Shown in pieces: positions 29,430 to 38,945 of a stretch of DNA of 64,000 nucleotides. The notes under the pieces are model-generated. The model did no database searches, was not told the origin of the DNA, and worked only from the letters and a program-made list of their open reading frames with translations. The DNA is taken from assembly GCA_964596425.1 (NCBI GenBank), contig CAZQTC010000007.1, positions 10,294 to 74,293 on the forward strand, read 5' to 3'. The stretch is from an uncultured Spirochaetales bacterium (GTDB lineage: Bacteria > Spirochaetota > Spirochaetia > SZUA-6). The translations under genes were made by a program, and so were the position numbers. Every line of letters begins with the position of its first letter. The stretch's first letter is position 1.

Positions 29430-30686
29430 CTACTGATGTCTCAAACACTCCGTTATCTCCATTTTAAGAGCACGAGAGGCAGGAATAAAAGCGACCCCCA
29501 TAGACACCGCTACCCCAAAGACAAAGGAAATCGGAAAAACCTCCGGATTCCACGCTCCTCTAAAAACCCCCGTCAATCTATAGCCTATATCCACATCCTT
29601 CATATACGCAGAAAAATCAATACCGTATCTCACCGAATAAAAACTTAAAAGGGCTCCGAGCGCAATTCCTACCAGAGCACCTATAAAACCTATTCCTCCG
29701 GCCTCAAGCAAAAAGGCAAACTTTAAGGCGCTATCTCCCATACCCATCGCCCGCATCATACCTATCTCTCTTATCCTCTCATACACAGCCATCAACATCG
29801 TATTGGATATCCCTACAGCGGCAATAATAAAGATTAAAAACAGAATCACAGCAGTTCCGCTCCTCTTACCCTGAGAAACAGCCAAAAAGTCAGGAGCAAG
29901 ATCTCTCCAGCTTTTTACAACAAGACTCCTCTCATCCTCAAGTTTTGCCCTTAAACGACCAAGTATCTTCTCCGGAGTCTGCCAACCGGGGAAATATAGG
30001 GATAATTCGGTGACAGCTCCATGCAGTTCCAGTTCTCTATTGACCAGAGAGAGAGGAATAAAAAGCGTTCCTCCATTTACCTTCGGGTTGGGAGAACCAA
30101 TTACTCCTGTAATCCTAAGACGAAGAGTCTTAAAGACACCGGATTTGGTTCGTATTTTGAGGGTTAGTAGATTCCCAACATCAACTCCAAGGCTTCTCAT
30201 AAGTTTTCTTCCTACCAGAACACCTTTTTCCCCATTATTCAAAAATCTTCCCCTATATATAACATTCTCTAATCTGTACACCCTCTTATCCTCCTTCGGG
30301 TCAATACCTATAACCTTGACCGGTAGAGAACCCTCATCGGTATACACCTCGCCAAAGAAACAAACCCTAGGTGTCCAAACAACACCCGAGCTGCTTAGTG
30401 CATCCTTTAAAGATTTTGAGGGAACAAAGGAGTATTCCAGGGGAAGATAATCGATATTCTTCCAAAAATTAGCCTCCATAACCTTTGCGGCACCGGTTTC
30501 ATACCACACAAGGTTTCTCTCCGACTCTCTCTCGGCCCCCAGCAGGAGGGAATCTACCCATATATACATAGCAATACCGAAGGCAATAGCAACAACAGTT
30601 ATAATTGTCCGACGCCTGTATCTGGAGAGATTCTTCCACGCAAGGGAAACAAGGAAACCCAGCATATGTACTTTAGTCCTCTTCAT
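29430..30686 (-). CDS. ABC transporter permease, FtsX/LolC-like
   Basis: Same architecture (ERIREIGMMRAMGMG). It overlaps the ATPase gene by 4 bp. Confidence 0.8.
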   Translation of the reverse strand: MKRTKVHMLGFLVSLAWKNLSRYRRRTIITVVAIAFGIAMYIWVDSLLLGAERESERNLVWYETGAAKVMEANFWKNIDYLPLEYSFVPSKSLKDALSSSGVVWTPRVCFFGEVYTDEGSLPVKVIGIDPKEDKRVYRLENVIYRGRFLNNGEKGVLVGRKLMRSLGVDVGNLLTLKIRTKSGVFKTLRLRITGVIGSPNPKVNGGTLFIPLSLVNRELELHGAVTELSLYFPGWQTPEKILGRLRAKLEDERSLVVKSWRDLAPDFLAVSQGKRSGTAVILFLIFIIAAVGISNTMLMAVYERIREIGMMRAMGMGDSALKFAFLLEAGGIGFIGALVGIALGALLSFYSVRYGIDFSAYMKDVDIGYRLTGVFRGAWNPEVFPISFVFGVAVSMGVAFIPASRALKMEITECLRHQ

Positions 30687-31360
30687 ACCTTCCCTCCGTC
30701 CGCTACCCTTCCGTCATGCAAAAGGACAAGTCGCTTAGCAAACTCCATAACCATCGGATCGTGAGTGGAAAATACAAAGGTTGTATTATAGCGGTTGTTT
30801 AATTCGGCCATAAGTTCAAGAATCTCCTTCCCGGTAGCAGAGTCAAGGTTAGCCGTTGGTTCATCGGCCAAAACCAGTGTTGGTTTCTTAACCAAGGCTC
30901 TGGCAATTGCAACCCTCTGTTGCTGTCCCCCCGAAAGTTCGGAGGGGAAACGTCTCTCCAACCCCTCAAGCCCAACCTCGGCGAGTATCTCCATCGTTCG
31001 ATTCTTTACATCCTCCCTGTCCAACCCTAAAAGGGAAAGGCTAAAAGATACATTCTCGTAGGCCGTTAAAACCGGAATAAGATTGAAGGATTGAAAAACA
31101 AAACCTATCTTATCCCGCCTTAGAAGGGCAAGTTCCCTCCTGTTTAATCCGGAAACAGGAGAGCCCTCCAGATATACCTCTCCCGATGTCGGTTTATCCA
31201 AACAACCGATTAGATTCAACAGGGTGGTTTTTCCGGAACCAGAGGGACCTGCTATCGAGACAAACTCTCCCGCATCTATCTCCAGAGATACTCCCCGGAG
31301 AGCCTTCACCGTTGTCTTACCCACCCTGTAATCCTTTGTGACATTAACAACTCTAACCAT
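30683..31360 (-). CDS. ABC transporter ATP-binding protein, LolD/MacB type
   Basis: Walker [10 protein letters not shown], signature [15 protein letters not shown], Walker [13 protein letters not shown], and H-loop FSTHD. Confidence 0.9.
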   Translation of the reverse strand: MVRVVNVTKDYRVGKTTVKALRGVSLEIDAGEFVSIAGPSGSGKTTLLNLIGCLDKPTSGEVYLEGSPVSGLNRRELALLRRDKIGFVFQSFNLIPVLTAYENVSFSLSLLGLDREDVKNRTMEILAEVGLEGLERRFPSELSGGQQQRVAIARALVKKPTLVLADEPTANLDSATGKEILELMAELNNRYNTTFVFSTHDPMVMEFAKRLVLLHDGRVADGGKV

Positions 31361-31436
31361 CTATCCCACTCCTTGTACTTTATTGGATTTTCTATTGGAT
31401 AGTGCCCTGCAACCAACCTCCACGCGGATAATTTGA

Positions 31437-32564
31437 TCAATCCTCCGCTTCGGACATGGTCCCATCACTATCACCACCCTCACCCCCTTTAAAACCGACC
31501 TTTCCCCGCTCGAGTTTTCCAAGCGCAGCAGAACCAAGAAAACTTCCCAGTGACATCGACTCAACAGCCGAAGAGGGGAGGAGTATAATGGAACCCTGCT
31601 TTTTTAATCCCTCAAAAATCATATTCATCGCTCGAAGGTGCAGAGCGGTAGGATTATCCTTATACCTTTCGGAGGCCTCTGCAAACTTCTCTGCAATCTC
31701 AACCTCCGCAGTTCCAAGAATTACCCTGGACTTTCTCTCCCTCTCCGCTTGAGCCTGCTTGGACATAGCATCTTCCAACTCCTTTGGAATGATAATATCA
31801 CTTATCTCTATTGATATAATTGTTATCCCCCAGGGATTTGTCTTAGCATCGAGAATCTGTTGAATTTCTCTTCCGAGACGCTCCCGCTCGGAGAGAAGGA
31901 CAGCAAGATCGTTACACCCTATCGAATCTCTAAGAGCAGCCTGAGATGCAAGAATAACAGCTTCCGTAAAATTTTCTACCTCAAGAACAGCCTTCTTGGG
32001 ATCCCAAACCATCCAGAAGGCAATTGCGTCTACATTGGTAGGAACGGTATCCCTTGTTAGGGTAGTCTCGGCTCGAAAATCGGTAGCCCTTATCCTCGTG
32101 TCAACGTACTGTACAACGGAATCCACAAGCGGTAAGATTATAAATGGTCCCGGTCCCCTTAGAGCTTTAAATTTTCCAAGCCTAAACACAACAGCCTTCT
32201 CCCATTCCCTTGCTATCTGAAAGGACGGAGAAATCAAAAAACCCAATGAAACAAAGCTAAAGAGAATCCAATAGGCAGGCTCTAAAAAGAAAAACATAGC
32301 AGCCCATGCTATGATAATCAATTTTAAAACAGCGTTCCACGCGGGTAGGAGCAATAAAAGCACAACCCCGCCAACCACTCCAAGTGCAACATACACCAGA
32401 TACGATATATCCGTAGCAGGGTAATATCTGTACTGAACAAACGAGGCGGCAGCAAGAAAGACAATGAGGATAAAAAAACTAATGGAGTTAAAGATAAACT
32501 CTTTCCTTACCCCCTCCCTGTAGAGATTCTTTATCAAAGCTGGTTTCTTAATCTCAAACTTCAT
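31437..32564 (-). CDS. SPFH/band-7 (stomatin/slipin-like) membrane protein
   Basis: N-terminal TM helices, then an SPFH core (FIILPLVDSVVQYVDTRIRATDF ... VDAIAFWMVWDP ... ILASQAALRDSIG) and a C-terminal coiled coil. Confidence 0.75.
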   Translation of the reverse strand: MKFEIKKPALIKNLYREGVRKEFIFNSISFFILIVFLAAASFVQYRYYPATDISYLVYVALGVVGGVVLLLLLPAWNAVLKLIIIAWAAMFFFLEPAYWILFSFVSLGFLISPSFQIAREWEKAVVFRLGKFKALRGPGPFIILPLVDSVVQYVDTRIRATDFRAETTLTRDTVPTNVDAIAFWMVWDPKKAVLEVENFTEAVILASQAALRDSIGCNDLAVLLSERERLGREIQQILDAKTNPWGITIISIEISDIIIPKELEDAMSKQAQAERERKSRVILGTAEVEIAEKFAEASERYKDNPTALHLRAMNMIFEGLKKQGSIILLPSSAVESMSLGSFLGSAALGKLERGKVGFKGGEGGDSDGTMSEAED

Positions 32565-33037
32565 CTTTGATCATCCCCCTTCTGGTTGATACTTGCTCTA
32601 CCCTCACCAATCCCTTCTCCCGTATGTTCCCTCGAATCATAGTCCTTTGAGCCATACTCTCTCAGATATTCAATAATCTCATCCAGAGAAAAACCATAGG
32701 AAGAGGCCTTAACAACAAAGTCCCTGGTAATTCTCGAGAGAATTTTCTCTCTCTCGATAGAATCCAGTTCCACCTTCTTTTCGCTTATGAATGTACCTGT
32801 GCCCTGTTGACTGATAACTAATCCCCTTATCTCGAGCTCGTTGTACGCCCGGGCCACAGTGTTGGGATTAACCTGTAACTCAACGGCGAGCCCCCTCACC
32901 GTGGGAAGTTGATCCCCGGTAGTGAGTCTTCCGTCCGCCATAGCCATCTCTATCTGCAGAATTATCTGTTTGTAGAAGGGAACACCGCTTCTCGGATCAA
33001 GAACAAACTTTAAACTCTTCTCCGACACCCTAACCAC
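32561..33037 (-). CDS. GntR-family transcriptional regulator, YtrA subfamily (short effector domain)
   Basis: Winged-HTH segment LPTVRGLAVELQVNPNTVARAYNELEIRGLV, with a short ~80-aa C-terminal domain. It is the first gene of an operon continuing into SPFH and the LolD/FtsX ABC genes, which is the typical YtrA arrangement. Confidence 0.8.
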   Translation of the reverse strand: MVRVSEKSLKFVLDPRSGVPFYKQIILQIEMAMADGRLTTGDQLPTVRGLAVELQVNPNTVARAYNELEIRGLVISQQGTGTFISEKKVELDSIEREKILSRITRDFVVKASSYGFSLDEIIEYLREYGSKDYDSREHTGEGIGEGRASINQKGDDQR

Positions 33038-33141
33038 TCCTCAGCACAATATCAATAACCAACACTTCCGGACCCAACAAAATTAGCGAGTATTTACCGA
33101 GTTTCACATACTTCATCACAATCCATCAACCCTCGAAAATT

Positions 33142-33194
33142 GTATTAGTCAATTAGTACAATAGTAATTTAGCACATTAGCACTATTAGTCAAG
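33142..33194. promoter_or_regulatory. Cluster of short direct repeats (ATTAGT x3, ATTAGTCAA x2, tandem TTAGCAC-A-TTAGCAC) in the ytrA / thioesterase divergent promoter region. A candidate operator.
   Basis: Read directly: gtATTAGTCAATTAGTACAATAGTAATTTAGCACATTAGCACTATTAGTCAAgg. It lies about 105-155 bp upstream of the GntR start. Confidence 0.35.
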
Positions 33195-33316
33195 GGGAAA
33201 GCAAGAGAAAAACAAAAAATTCCCAAAGTTAAAACCCAAGTTAAAAAAGGAATAGTCTTTTCTCCCTTTTTCATTTAAAATAGCCCCATAACTTTCACAC
33301 ACTCGGGAGACTCTCT

Positions 33317-33769
33317 ATGACTCAGATTAGGATTCAGAAACCACTCTATATCTTCGAGCTTGAGTTTGAGGTTCGAGACTACGAATGCGATCTACAGGGA
33401 GTTGTCAATAACGCCGTATACCTGCACTACCTTGAGCACACAAGGCACAAGTTTTTCAAAGCGGTGGGTCTGGACTTCGCCGCTCTACACGAGGAGGGAA
33501 TAGATGCCTTTGTAGCCCGGGCCAATCTCGAGTACAAACACCCACTAAGGAGCGGCGACAGGTTTGTCTGTAGGTTATGGATTGAGAAAAAGGGGAGGTT
33601 GAGATACATATTCCATCAGGATATTTACAGATTACCGGACGAACTCCTGATAGCTAAAGCCGAAATAACGGGAACCACAACTGTAAACGGGAAACTCGGA
33701 GTCTGCGAGAAGGTAGATAGAGCCTTTCAAAGGGCGATGGCAAACGAAAAAATTCCATCAAATCCATAA
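33317..33769 (+). CDS. Acyl-CoA thioesterase, hotdog fold (YbgC/4HBT family)
   Basis: LEFEVRDYECDLQGVVNNAVYLHYLEHTRHKFF matches the 4HBT catalytic N-terminus, with the active-site Asp in the DLQGVVNNAVY context. Confidence 0.8.
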   Translation: MTQIRIQKPLYIFELEFEVRDYECDLQGVVNNAVYLHYLEHTRHKFFKAVGLDFAALHEEGIDAFVARANLEYKHPLRSGDRFVCRLWIEKKGRLRYIFHQDIYRLPDELLIAKAEITGTTTVNGKLGVCEKVDRAFQRAMANEKIPSNP

Positions 33770-33789
33770 AATCAGGTCATCCGTACCTT

Positions 33790-34200
33790 ATGAGTAATTG
33801 TAAAACACAAAACAAAGAACAACCCACTCTAAAACTTTTTCACAACTCCACGGTAATTTTTACAAGTACAAAAAAGTGGCTTTACCCACTTTTCGATCTG
33901 GAGAGTTTTCTAAAAGACTATTTAACCCACCACCCAGAGGCCACGAGCGATCTATACCTGGAAGACAAAATCGTAGGTAAAGCCTCGGCTTTTCTGATAG
34001 TATATATGGGAATACCCAAGGTTCACGCCCACATTCTAAGTAGTTACGGAAAAAAGGTTTTCGAAACCTATTCCATACAATACACCTATGACACATTGAT
34101 AGAGAGAGTATCCTGCAAAACAGAGGAACTATTAAAAAATGTAAGAGCACCGAAAGAGGCGTATAGAATAATACAAAATCTAAGGAATAATAACACTTGA
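33790..34200 (+). CDS. Hypothetical protein (136 aa)
   Basis: Open reading frame with good coding potential and no recognisable motif. It sits between the thioesterase and csoR. Confidence 0.3.
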   Translation: MSNCKTQNKEQPTLKLFHNSTVIFTSTKKWLYPLFDLESFLKDYLTHHPEATSDLYLEDKIVGKASAFLIVYMGIPKVHAHILSSYGKKVFETYSIQYTYDTLIERVSCKTEELLKNVRAPKEAYRIIQNLRNNNT

Positions 34201-34240
34201 CTATAGCCTACATAAGCACTAAGCTTTACAGAGAGTTGCT

Positions 34241-34258
34241 ATACCCCCCAGGGGTGTA
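34241..34258. promoter_or_regulatory. CsoR-box-like GC-rich pseudo-palindrome ATACCCCCCAGGGGTGTA upstream of csoR
   Basis: It lies 28 bp upstream of the csoR start. It shares an identical 15-mer (ATACCCCCCAGGGGT) with the site at 37120. It resembles the C-tract/G-tract inverted repeats bound by CsoR-family repressors. Confidence 0.5.
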
Positions 34259-34285
34259 AAAAATGCAATAATAACAGCACAAAAG

Positions 34286-34591
34286 GTGTATAAAATGGAA
34301 TCAAAAGCGGAAAAAAAAGGTCCCCACCCGATAAATAAACAAGCACTGAGGCGATTAAAAAATATCGAGGGTCAGGTGAGAGGACTTCAAAGAATGGTAG
34401 AAGAAGAACAGTACTGCGTAGATATTATAACTCAGATATCCGCCGTACGGGCAGCTCTCAACAGTGTCGGAATGCTTATCCTAAAGCGTCACATCGAGAC
34501 ATGTGTATCGGACGCAATTAAAGCGGGCGGAGAGGAAAAAACCCATATAATTGACGAGCTCATGAGTGTACTATCCAGAGCAAAACTATAA
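34286..34591 (+). CDS. csoR: CsoR/RcnR-family metal-sensing transcriptional repressor
   Basis: All-helical, ~100 aa, with ligand residues in the YCVDI ... HIETC context (C-H-C fingerprint). Confidence 0.8.
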   Translation: MYKMESKAEKKGPHPINKQALRRLKNIEGQVRGLQRMVEEEQYCVDIITQISAVRAALNSVGMLILKRHIETCVSDAIKAGGEEKTHIIDELMSVLSRAKL

Positions 34592-34619
34592 GTATCTCAT
34601 CCCCAATCGTCCTGTAACT

Positions 34620-36767
34620 CTACATACGTACCCTCAAAAGTCTTGCATTTATTGCAACAATAACCGTGCTAAGAGACATAAGTACTGCCCCGGCGGCAGG
34701 ACTCAAAAGTACCCCAAAACTATACAGAACACCCGCAGCCAGTGGAATGGCAAGCGCATTGTATCCTGTTGCCCATGCAAGATTCTGAACCATCTTTCTA
34801 TAGGTTGCCCTGGCAAGTTTTAGTATCTTAACAACATCGAGAGGGTTACTCCTAACAAGTACTATATCGGCGGTTTCTATAGCAACATCACTACCGGCAC
34901 CAATCGCAATTCCAACATCGGCACTTGCAAGAGCCGGAGCGTCATTAACCCCATCCCCCGTCATTGCAACAACAAAGCCACGCGATTTCACCTCTTTAAC
35001 CCTACTAGCCTTTTCATGCGGCAGAACCTCCGCAAAAACTTCACCTATACCAATTTCTTTTGCAACCCAATTTGCAACCTCTCTGTTGTCCCCGGTTAGC
35101 ATAATGGTACGAACTCCCATACCCTTTAACTTTTCAACAGCCAATTTTGATTCCTCCCTCACAACATCAGCAAGGGCAATTACCCCCTTGGGTTTCCCAT
35201 CGAGAAGGAGATAAACAACCGTCTTGCCCTGTTTAAAGAGATTCGTGATTCGACTATCATCCATATCCACACCCTTATCCTTAAGGTAACCGGGACTAAC
35301 CACCATCACCTCCCTTCCGTCAACACGTCCGATAGCACCCCTACCAGGTATTGCCTTAAAATCCGTTACAGGCAAAACTCTGTTTTCAGGAACATCAATA
35401 GAAATATCAGTCAGATTATCATCCCTCTTTTCGGACGCCTTTTTGGACTCTTCACCGGAAACCATATCACTAGCGCTTGCCTCAACAGAGCGAGAAGTTA
35501 GCGAAAGTACAATACCTTTAGCAATCGGATGCTCCGAGTTCGCCTCCACCGAGGCCGCATAACGTAAAATCTCTTCCTCTCTCATAGAGTGATCCAACAC
35601 AACAATATCGGTTACCCCAAATCTTCCCTCTGTCAGGGTCCCCGTTTTATCAAATATCACAGCTTGAATATTTCTCGCATGCTCAAAGGCCGCCCGGTTT
35701 CGAATTAGAAGTCCGTTCTTAGCAGAAATCGCAGTGGATACCGCAACAACCAGAGGAACAGCCAGACCAAGTGCATGGGGGCAGGTTATAACCATAACCG
35801 TCACAGTGCGCTCCAGAGCAAAGGCAAAATCCTTATGCACAAGGGCAAGCCAGACAAAAAGGGTAATCCCCCCTGCCCCTAAAGCTATAAGGGTAAGCCA
35901 TAAAGCCGCTCTACTGGCCAGGTCTTGACTTCTGGATTTGCTCTCCTGCGCCTGTCTAACGAGTTTTACCACCTGAGAGAGATAGGAATCCTCACCTGTC
36001 TTTTTTATCTCTACCACCAAAGAACCCTCTCCGTTTACGGCGCCACCTATAACTTCATCGCCCTCCCGTTTAACAACGGGCTTGGACTCTCCGGTAAGCA
36101 TTGCTTCGTTTACAGAACTCTCGCCCTCAATAACCATCCCATCTACCGGAAGCTTTTCTCCCGGTTTTACAAGTACTCTATCTCCGACCTTTAAATTCTC
36201 TACAGAAACATCAATTACCCCTCCATCCGGCAACAACTTATGGGCCTCTGAGGGCATCAGCTTTGCCAACTCTTCCAAAGCCTTAGAGGCTCCCATAACC
36301 GACTTCATCTCGATCCAGTGACCCAAAAGCATAATATCCACAAGGGTTACAAGCTCCCAAAAAAACACCTTCCCGGGAAGTCCAAAAACAACCACACTGC
36401 TATAGACATAGGCTGTGGAAATTGCAAGTCCTATGAGACTCATCATCCCGGGTAGTTTCTTTCTAAGCTCCCTAACAAGCCCACTCAAGAATGGCCAACC
36501 ACCGTAGAAAAATACAAATGTAGAAAGGCCAAAAAGAATATAACCGTCTCCCTTAAAGGCAATTAATTCTCTAATCCCGAAAAGTTTCTGAATCATAGGA
36601 GACAGTGCCAGTATAGGAAGGGTGAATACAACAGAAATCCAAAATCGCTTGCGGAAATCAGCTACCATGTGAGCATGGTGCGAGCTATGAGCGTGTTTGT
36701 GATCGTGATCCTCGGGACTATGCTGCATGTGTTCATGATGTTCGTGATGAGTATGTTTATTATCCAT
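34620..36767 (-). CDS. copB: Copper-translocating P1B-type ATPase with His-rich N-terminus and CPH motif (CopB / P1B-3-like)
   Basis: N-terminus [39 protein letters not shown] motif (ITCPHALG). DKTGT phosphorylation site. GDGVNDAP hinge. No CxxC HMA domain. About 35 aa are inserted in the nucleotide-binding domain. Confidence 0.9.
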   Translation of the reverse strand: MDNKHTHHEHHEHMQHSPEDHDHKHAHSSHHAHMVADFRKRFWISVVFTLPILALSPMIQKLFGIRELIAFKGDGYILFGLSTFVFFYGGWPFLSGLVRELRKKLPGMMSLIGLAISTAYVYSSVVVFGLPGKVFFWELVTLVDIMLLGHWIEMKSVMGASKALEELAKLMPSEAHKLLPDGGVIDVSVENLKVGDRVLVKPGEKLPVDGMVIEGESSVNEAMLTGESKPVVKREGDEVIGGAVNGEGSLVVEIKKTGEDSYLSQVVKLVRQAQESKSRSQDLASRAALWLTLIALGAGGITLFVWLALVHKDFAFALERTVTVMVITCPHALGLAVPLVVAVSTAISAKNGLLIRNRAAFEHARNIQAVIFDKTGTLTEGRFGVTDIVVLDHSMREEEILRYAASVEANSEHPIAKGIVLSLTSRSVEASASDMVSGEESKKASEKRDDNLTDISIDVPENRVLPVTDFKAIPGRGAIGRVDGREVMVVSPGYLKDKGVDMDDSRITNLFKQGKTVVYLLLDGKPKGVIALADVVREESKLAVEKLKGMGVRTIMLTGDNREVANWVAKEIGIGEVFAEVLPHEKASRVKEVKSRGFVVAMTGDGVNDAPALASADVGIAIGAGSDVAIETADIVLVRSNPLDVVKILKLARATYRKMVQNLAWATGYNALAIPLAAGVLYSFGVLLSPAAGAVLMSLSTVIVAINARLLRVRM

Positions 36768-36785
36768 ATATCAAACCTCCTTATC

Positions 36786-37028
36786 CTAATCCATGAGATC
36801 TTTTTTCATCCGAAGGTACTCTTCCCTATCAATTTCTCCTCTGATATAGCTAGCTTTAAGCTCTTCAAGGGGGTCCATATACAATTTCCCCCTGCCAATC
36901 CCCCGCCTTATGAGAAAAACGATAAGAAAAATCACCCCAACTACAAGAAGAACCATTATCCCAAACATAATCCATCCATAAAGCCCCCAGTAGCCGGAGA
37001 CCCAACTGCCAATTCTATTCCCCATCAT
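36786..37028 (-). CDS. SHOCT-domain small membrane protein
   Basis: N-terminal TM (WIMFGIMVLLVVGVIFLIVFLI) followed by the C-terminal SHOCT motif YIRGEIDREEYLRMKKDL. It is 18 bp upstream of copB and probably co-transcribed with it. Confidence 0.6.
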   Translation of the reverse strand: MMGNRIGSWVSGYWGLYGWIMFGIMVLLVVGVIFLIVFLIRRGIGRGKLYMDPLEELKASYIRGEIDREEYLRMKKDLMD

Positions 37029-37119
37029 TGTTTCGTCCCCCCTCTAATTCCATACTCTTCCTCCTAATGTAACGTCGAAACTCAAAACAACCGCATCTCG
37101 TGGAGACCTCAGCCATACC

Positions 37120-37136
37120 ATACCCCCCAGGGGTCT
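37120..37136. promoter_or_regulatory. Second CsoR-box-like site ATACCCCCCAGGGGTCT in the SHOCT-copB / eamA divergent promoter region
   Basis: Identical 15-mer to the csoR-proximal site. It lies about 92 bp upstream of the SHOCT-copB start on the minus strand. Confidence 0.5.
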
Positions 37137-37255
37137 CGCACGCACATACATAATACAAAAGTTTACCAAAGGAGTCAACTTAAAAACCAAAAAACTACCC
37201 CCAAAAACAAAAGCAACACTAGATTCAACCCTTAAATGATACTACTATCAGAATA

Positions 37256-38185
37256 ATGAAAAGGCCCAAAGACCGCTCACTAATATTACTCTCGTACATA
37301 ACAATATATGTCGTGTGGGGCTCAACCTACTTTTTCATTAAAATGGCCGTAAAAAGCATTCCCCCTCTGGGGGTAGTGGGCATACGCTTTCTTATAGGAG
37401 GCTTTTTCTTCCTTCTCATTGCCATACTAACAAGACGCCTAAGTCCCCCACCAACCATAAAACAAGTTGGAGCCTCTATACTACTGGGAAGCTTACTCCT
37501 CCTGGGAGGAAACGGACTAATCTCGTACGCGGAGAGACAGGTAGATAGCTACCTGGTGGCCCTAATAATAGCCTCTACACCCCTTGTTGTTGCTATCTTT
37601 GACAGAGTACTTCTGCAAAAAAGAATAACATCGGTAAGAATTATCGGGATAATACTCGGAGAAATCGGAGTAGCACTACTGGTATACAACGGAAAATCAT
37701 TCATCACCAGTCTAAATCCCGAGATAGCGATGGTTATCCTTGCAATCCTATTATGGGCTCTGGCAACGACACTCGGACATAAATTCAACGTATACTCGGA
37801 CAATCTGGTAAACAGCGGGATACAAATGCTCTTTGCCGGAATCGTTGCCCTATCAGCAAGTCTTGTACTCGGAGAACTAAGCGTGAACTCTCCAAGGGAA
37901 ATTACAATCTCCTCCCTGCTTGGCCTTGTATACCTAACCGTAATAGGCTCCCTTGCTTTTAGCGCTTACACATACCTTCTTATCCATGAACCTGCCTCCA
38001 GAATTGTAAGCTACTCACTGGTAAATCCCGTGATCGCTGTAATTTTAGGCTTTTTTCTCGGAAACGAAACACCTGTTCCCTACTTTGCGATAGGTCTTCC
38101 ACTCATACTCGCAGGATTACTAGCCCTACTCTACGGAGAAACACTTTTAAAAAAATTAAAAATTGTCCTATCAAAAAAATCATAA
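37256..38185 (+). CDS. EamA/DMT-superfamily transporter (two EamA repeats, 10 TM)
   Basis: Duplicated 5-TM halves. Conserved G-rich motifs appear at the ends of both repeats (GNGLISYAER; EPASRIVSYSLVNPV). Confidence 0.8.
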   Translation: MKRPKDRSLILLSYITIYVVWGSTYFFIKMAVKSIPPLGVVGIRFLIGGFFFLLIAILTRRLSPPPTIKQVGASILLGSLLLLGGNGLISYAERQVDSYLVALIIASTPLVVAIFDRVLLQKRITSVRIIGIILGEIGVALLVYNGKSFITSLNPEIAMVILAILLWALATTLGHKFNVYSDNLVNSGIQMLFAGIVALSASLVLGELSVNSPREITISSLLGLVYLTVIGSLAFSAYTYLLIHEPASRIVSYSLVNPVIAVILGFFLGNETPVPYFAIGLPLILAGLLALLYGETLLKKLKIVLSKKS

Positions 38186-38218
38186 GTTTATCATCTCATA
38201 TCGTCAATCAATATCAAC

Positions 38219-38890
38219 CTACCCTCCTACTACCCTCTTCTCAATCCTCTCCCGCAAACTCTCAAAATCAACCCTACCAATCTCCTCAAATACCATATCG
38301 GCATCCGTTAGTACCTCCGGGCTACCAATTCCAACGGCAAGCATATTGGCACTCCTTGCCGCAGTTATTCCGGCCTTTGAATCTTCAAAAACAGCACAAC
38401 GCTCGGGAGGAATTTCAAACATCCTTGCAGCGAGGAGAAATTGGTCCGGGGCAGGTTTTGTGCGCTCAACCGAATACCCATCAAGTATCACATCTACAAT
38501 CTCTTCTATCCCCAACCTTTTTACAATTTCCCTCGTATTCTTAGAAACGGAAGCTACCGCAATTTTCCCATCGCTCCTCCATATTTTTCTGAATAGAGGA
38601 AGCACACCGGGAAAGAGCGATCCGGGTCCCACACGTTTTAAATATTCCCTGTAATACGAGTTTTTTCTCTCGAGGAGTTCCTCTATCTTATCCTCCGGGA
38701 GTTCTCTTCCATCCAGAAGAAGCAACAGACAATCCCTTCTAGAAACCCCCTTAAAGGCCTCATTTTTCTCCCGATCAAAGGGAATCCCCAACTCATTGGC
38801 TATCCGTTTCCAGGCAAGATAGTGATACTCTGAGGTCGCGGTAAGCACTCCATCAAGATCAAAAATAAACCCATAAGCCATTTTTTTCAT
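38219..38890 (-). CDS. pgmB: Beta-phosphoglucomutase (HAD superfamily)
   Basis: HAD motif I FDLDGVLT immediately after the internal Met (MKKMAYGFIFDLDGV). The caps and motifs are typical of beta-PGM. The start is moved to 38890 from the longer ORF, which has no signal or TM. Confidence 0.75.
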   Translation of the reverse strand: MKKMAYGFIFDLDGVLTATSEYHYLAWKRIANELGIPFDREKNEAFKGVSRRDCLLLLLDGRELPEDKIEELLERKNSYYREYLKRVGPGSLFPGVLPLFRKIWRSDGKIAVASVSKNTREIVKRLGIEEIVDVILDGYSVERTKPAPDQFLLAARMFEIPPERCAVFEDSKAGITAARSANMLAVGIGSPEVLTDADMVFEEIGRVDFESLRERIEKRVVGG

Positions 38891-38923
38891 AACGCTCCCC
38901 AAACAATCCTCAAAACACTTGAA

Positions 38924-38939
38924 TCCAAAGCGCTTTGGA
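38924..38939. promoter_or_regulatory. Perfect 16-bp palindrome TCCAAAGCGCTTTGGA. A candidate LacI-family operator in the pgmB / GH65 divergent region.
   Basis: Same core as the 24-bp palindrome at 41594. It has the CG centre typical of LacI/CcpA-type operators. It overlaps the ORF-track start of the GH65 gene. Confidence 0.5.
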
Positions 38940-38945
38940 AATATT

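Noticed and set aside
31361-31564. 67-aa minus-strand ORF between the SPFH gene and the ABC ATPase
   Set aside because: It overlaps the 3-prime 128 bp of the SPFH gene. It has no RBS and no recognisable features.
34620-36767. His-rich N-terminus of the P-type ATPase as possible low-complexity or assembly artefact
   Set aside because: The reading frame is continuous with canonical downstream motifs. His-rich N-termini are an established feature of CopB-type ATPases.
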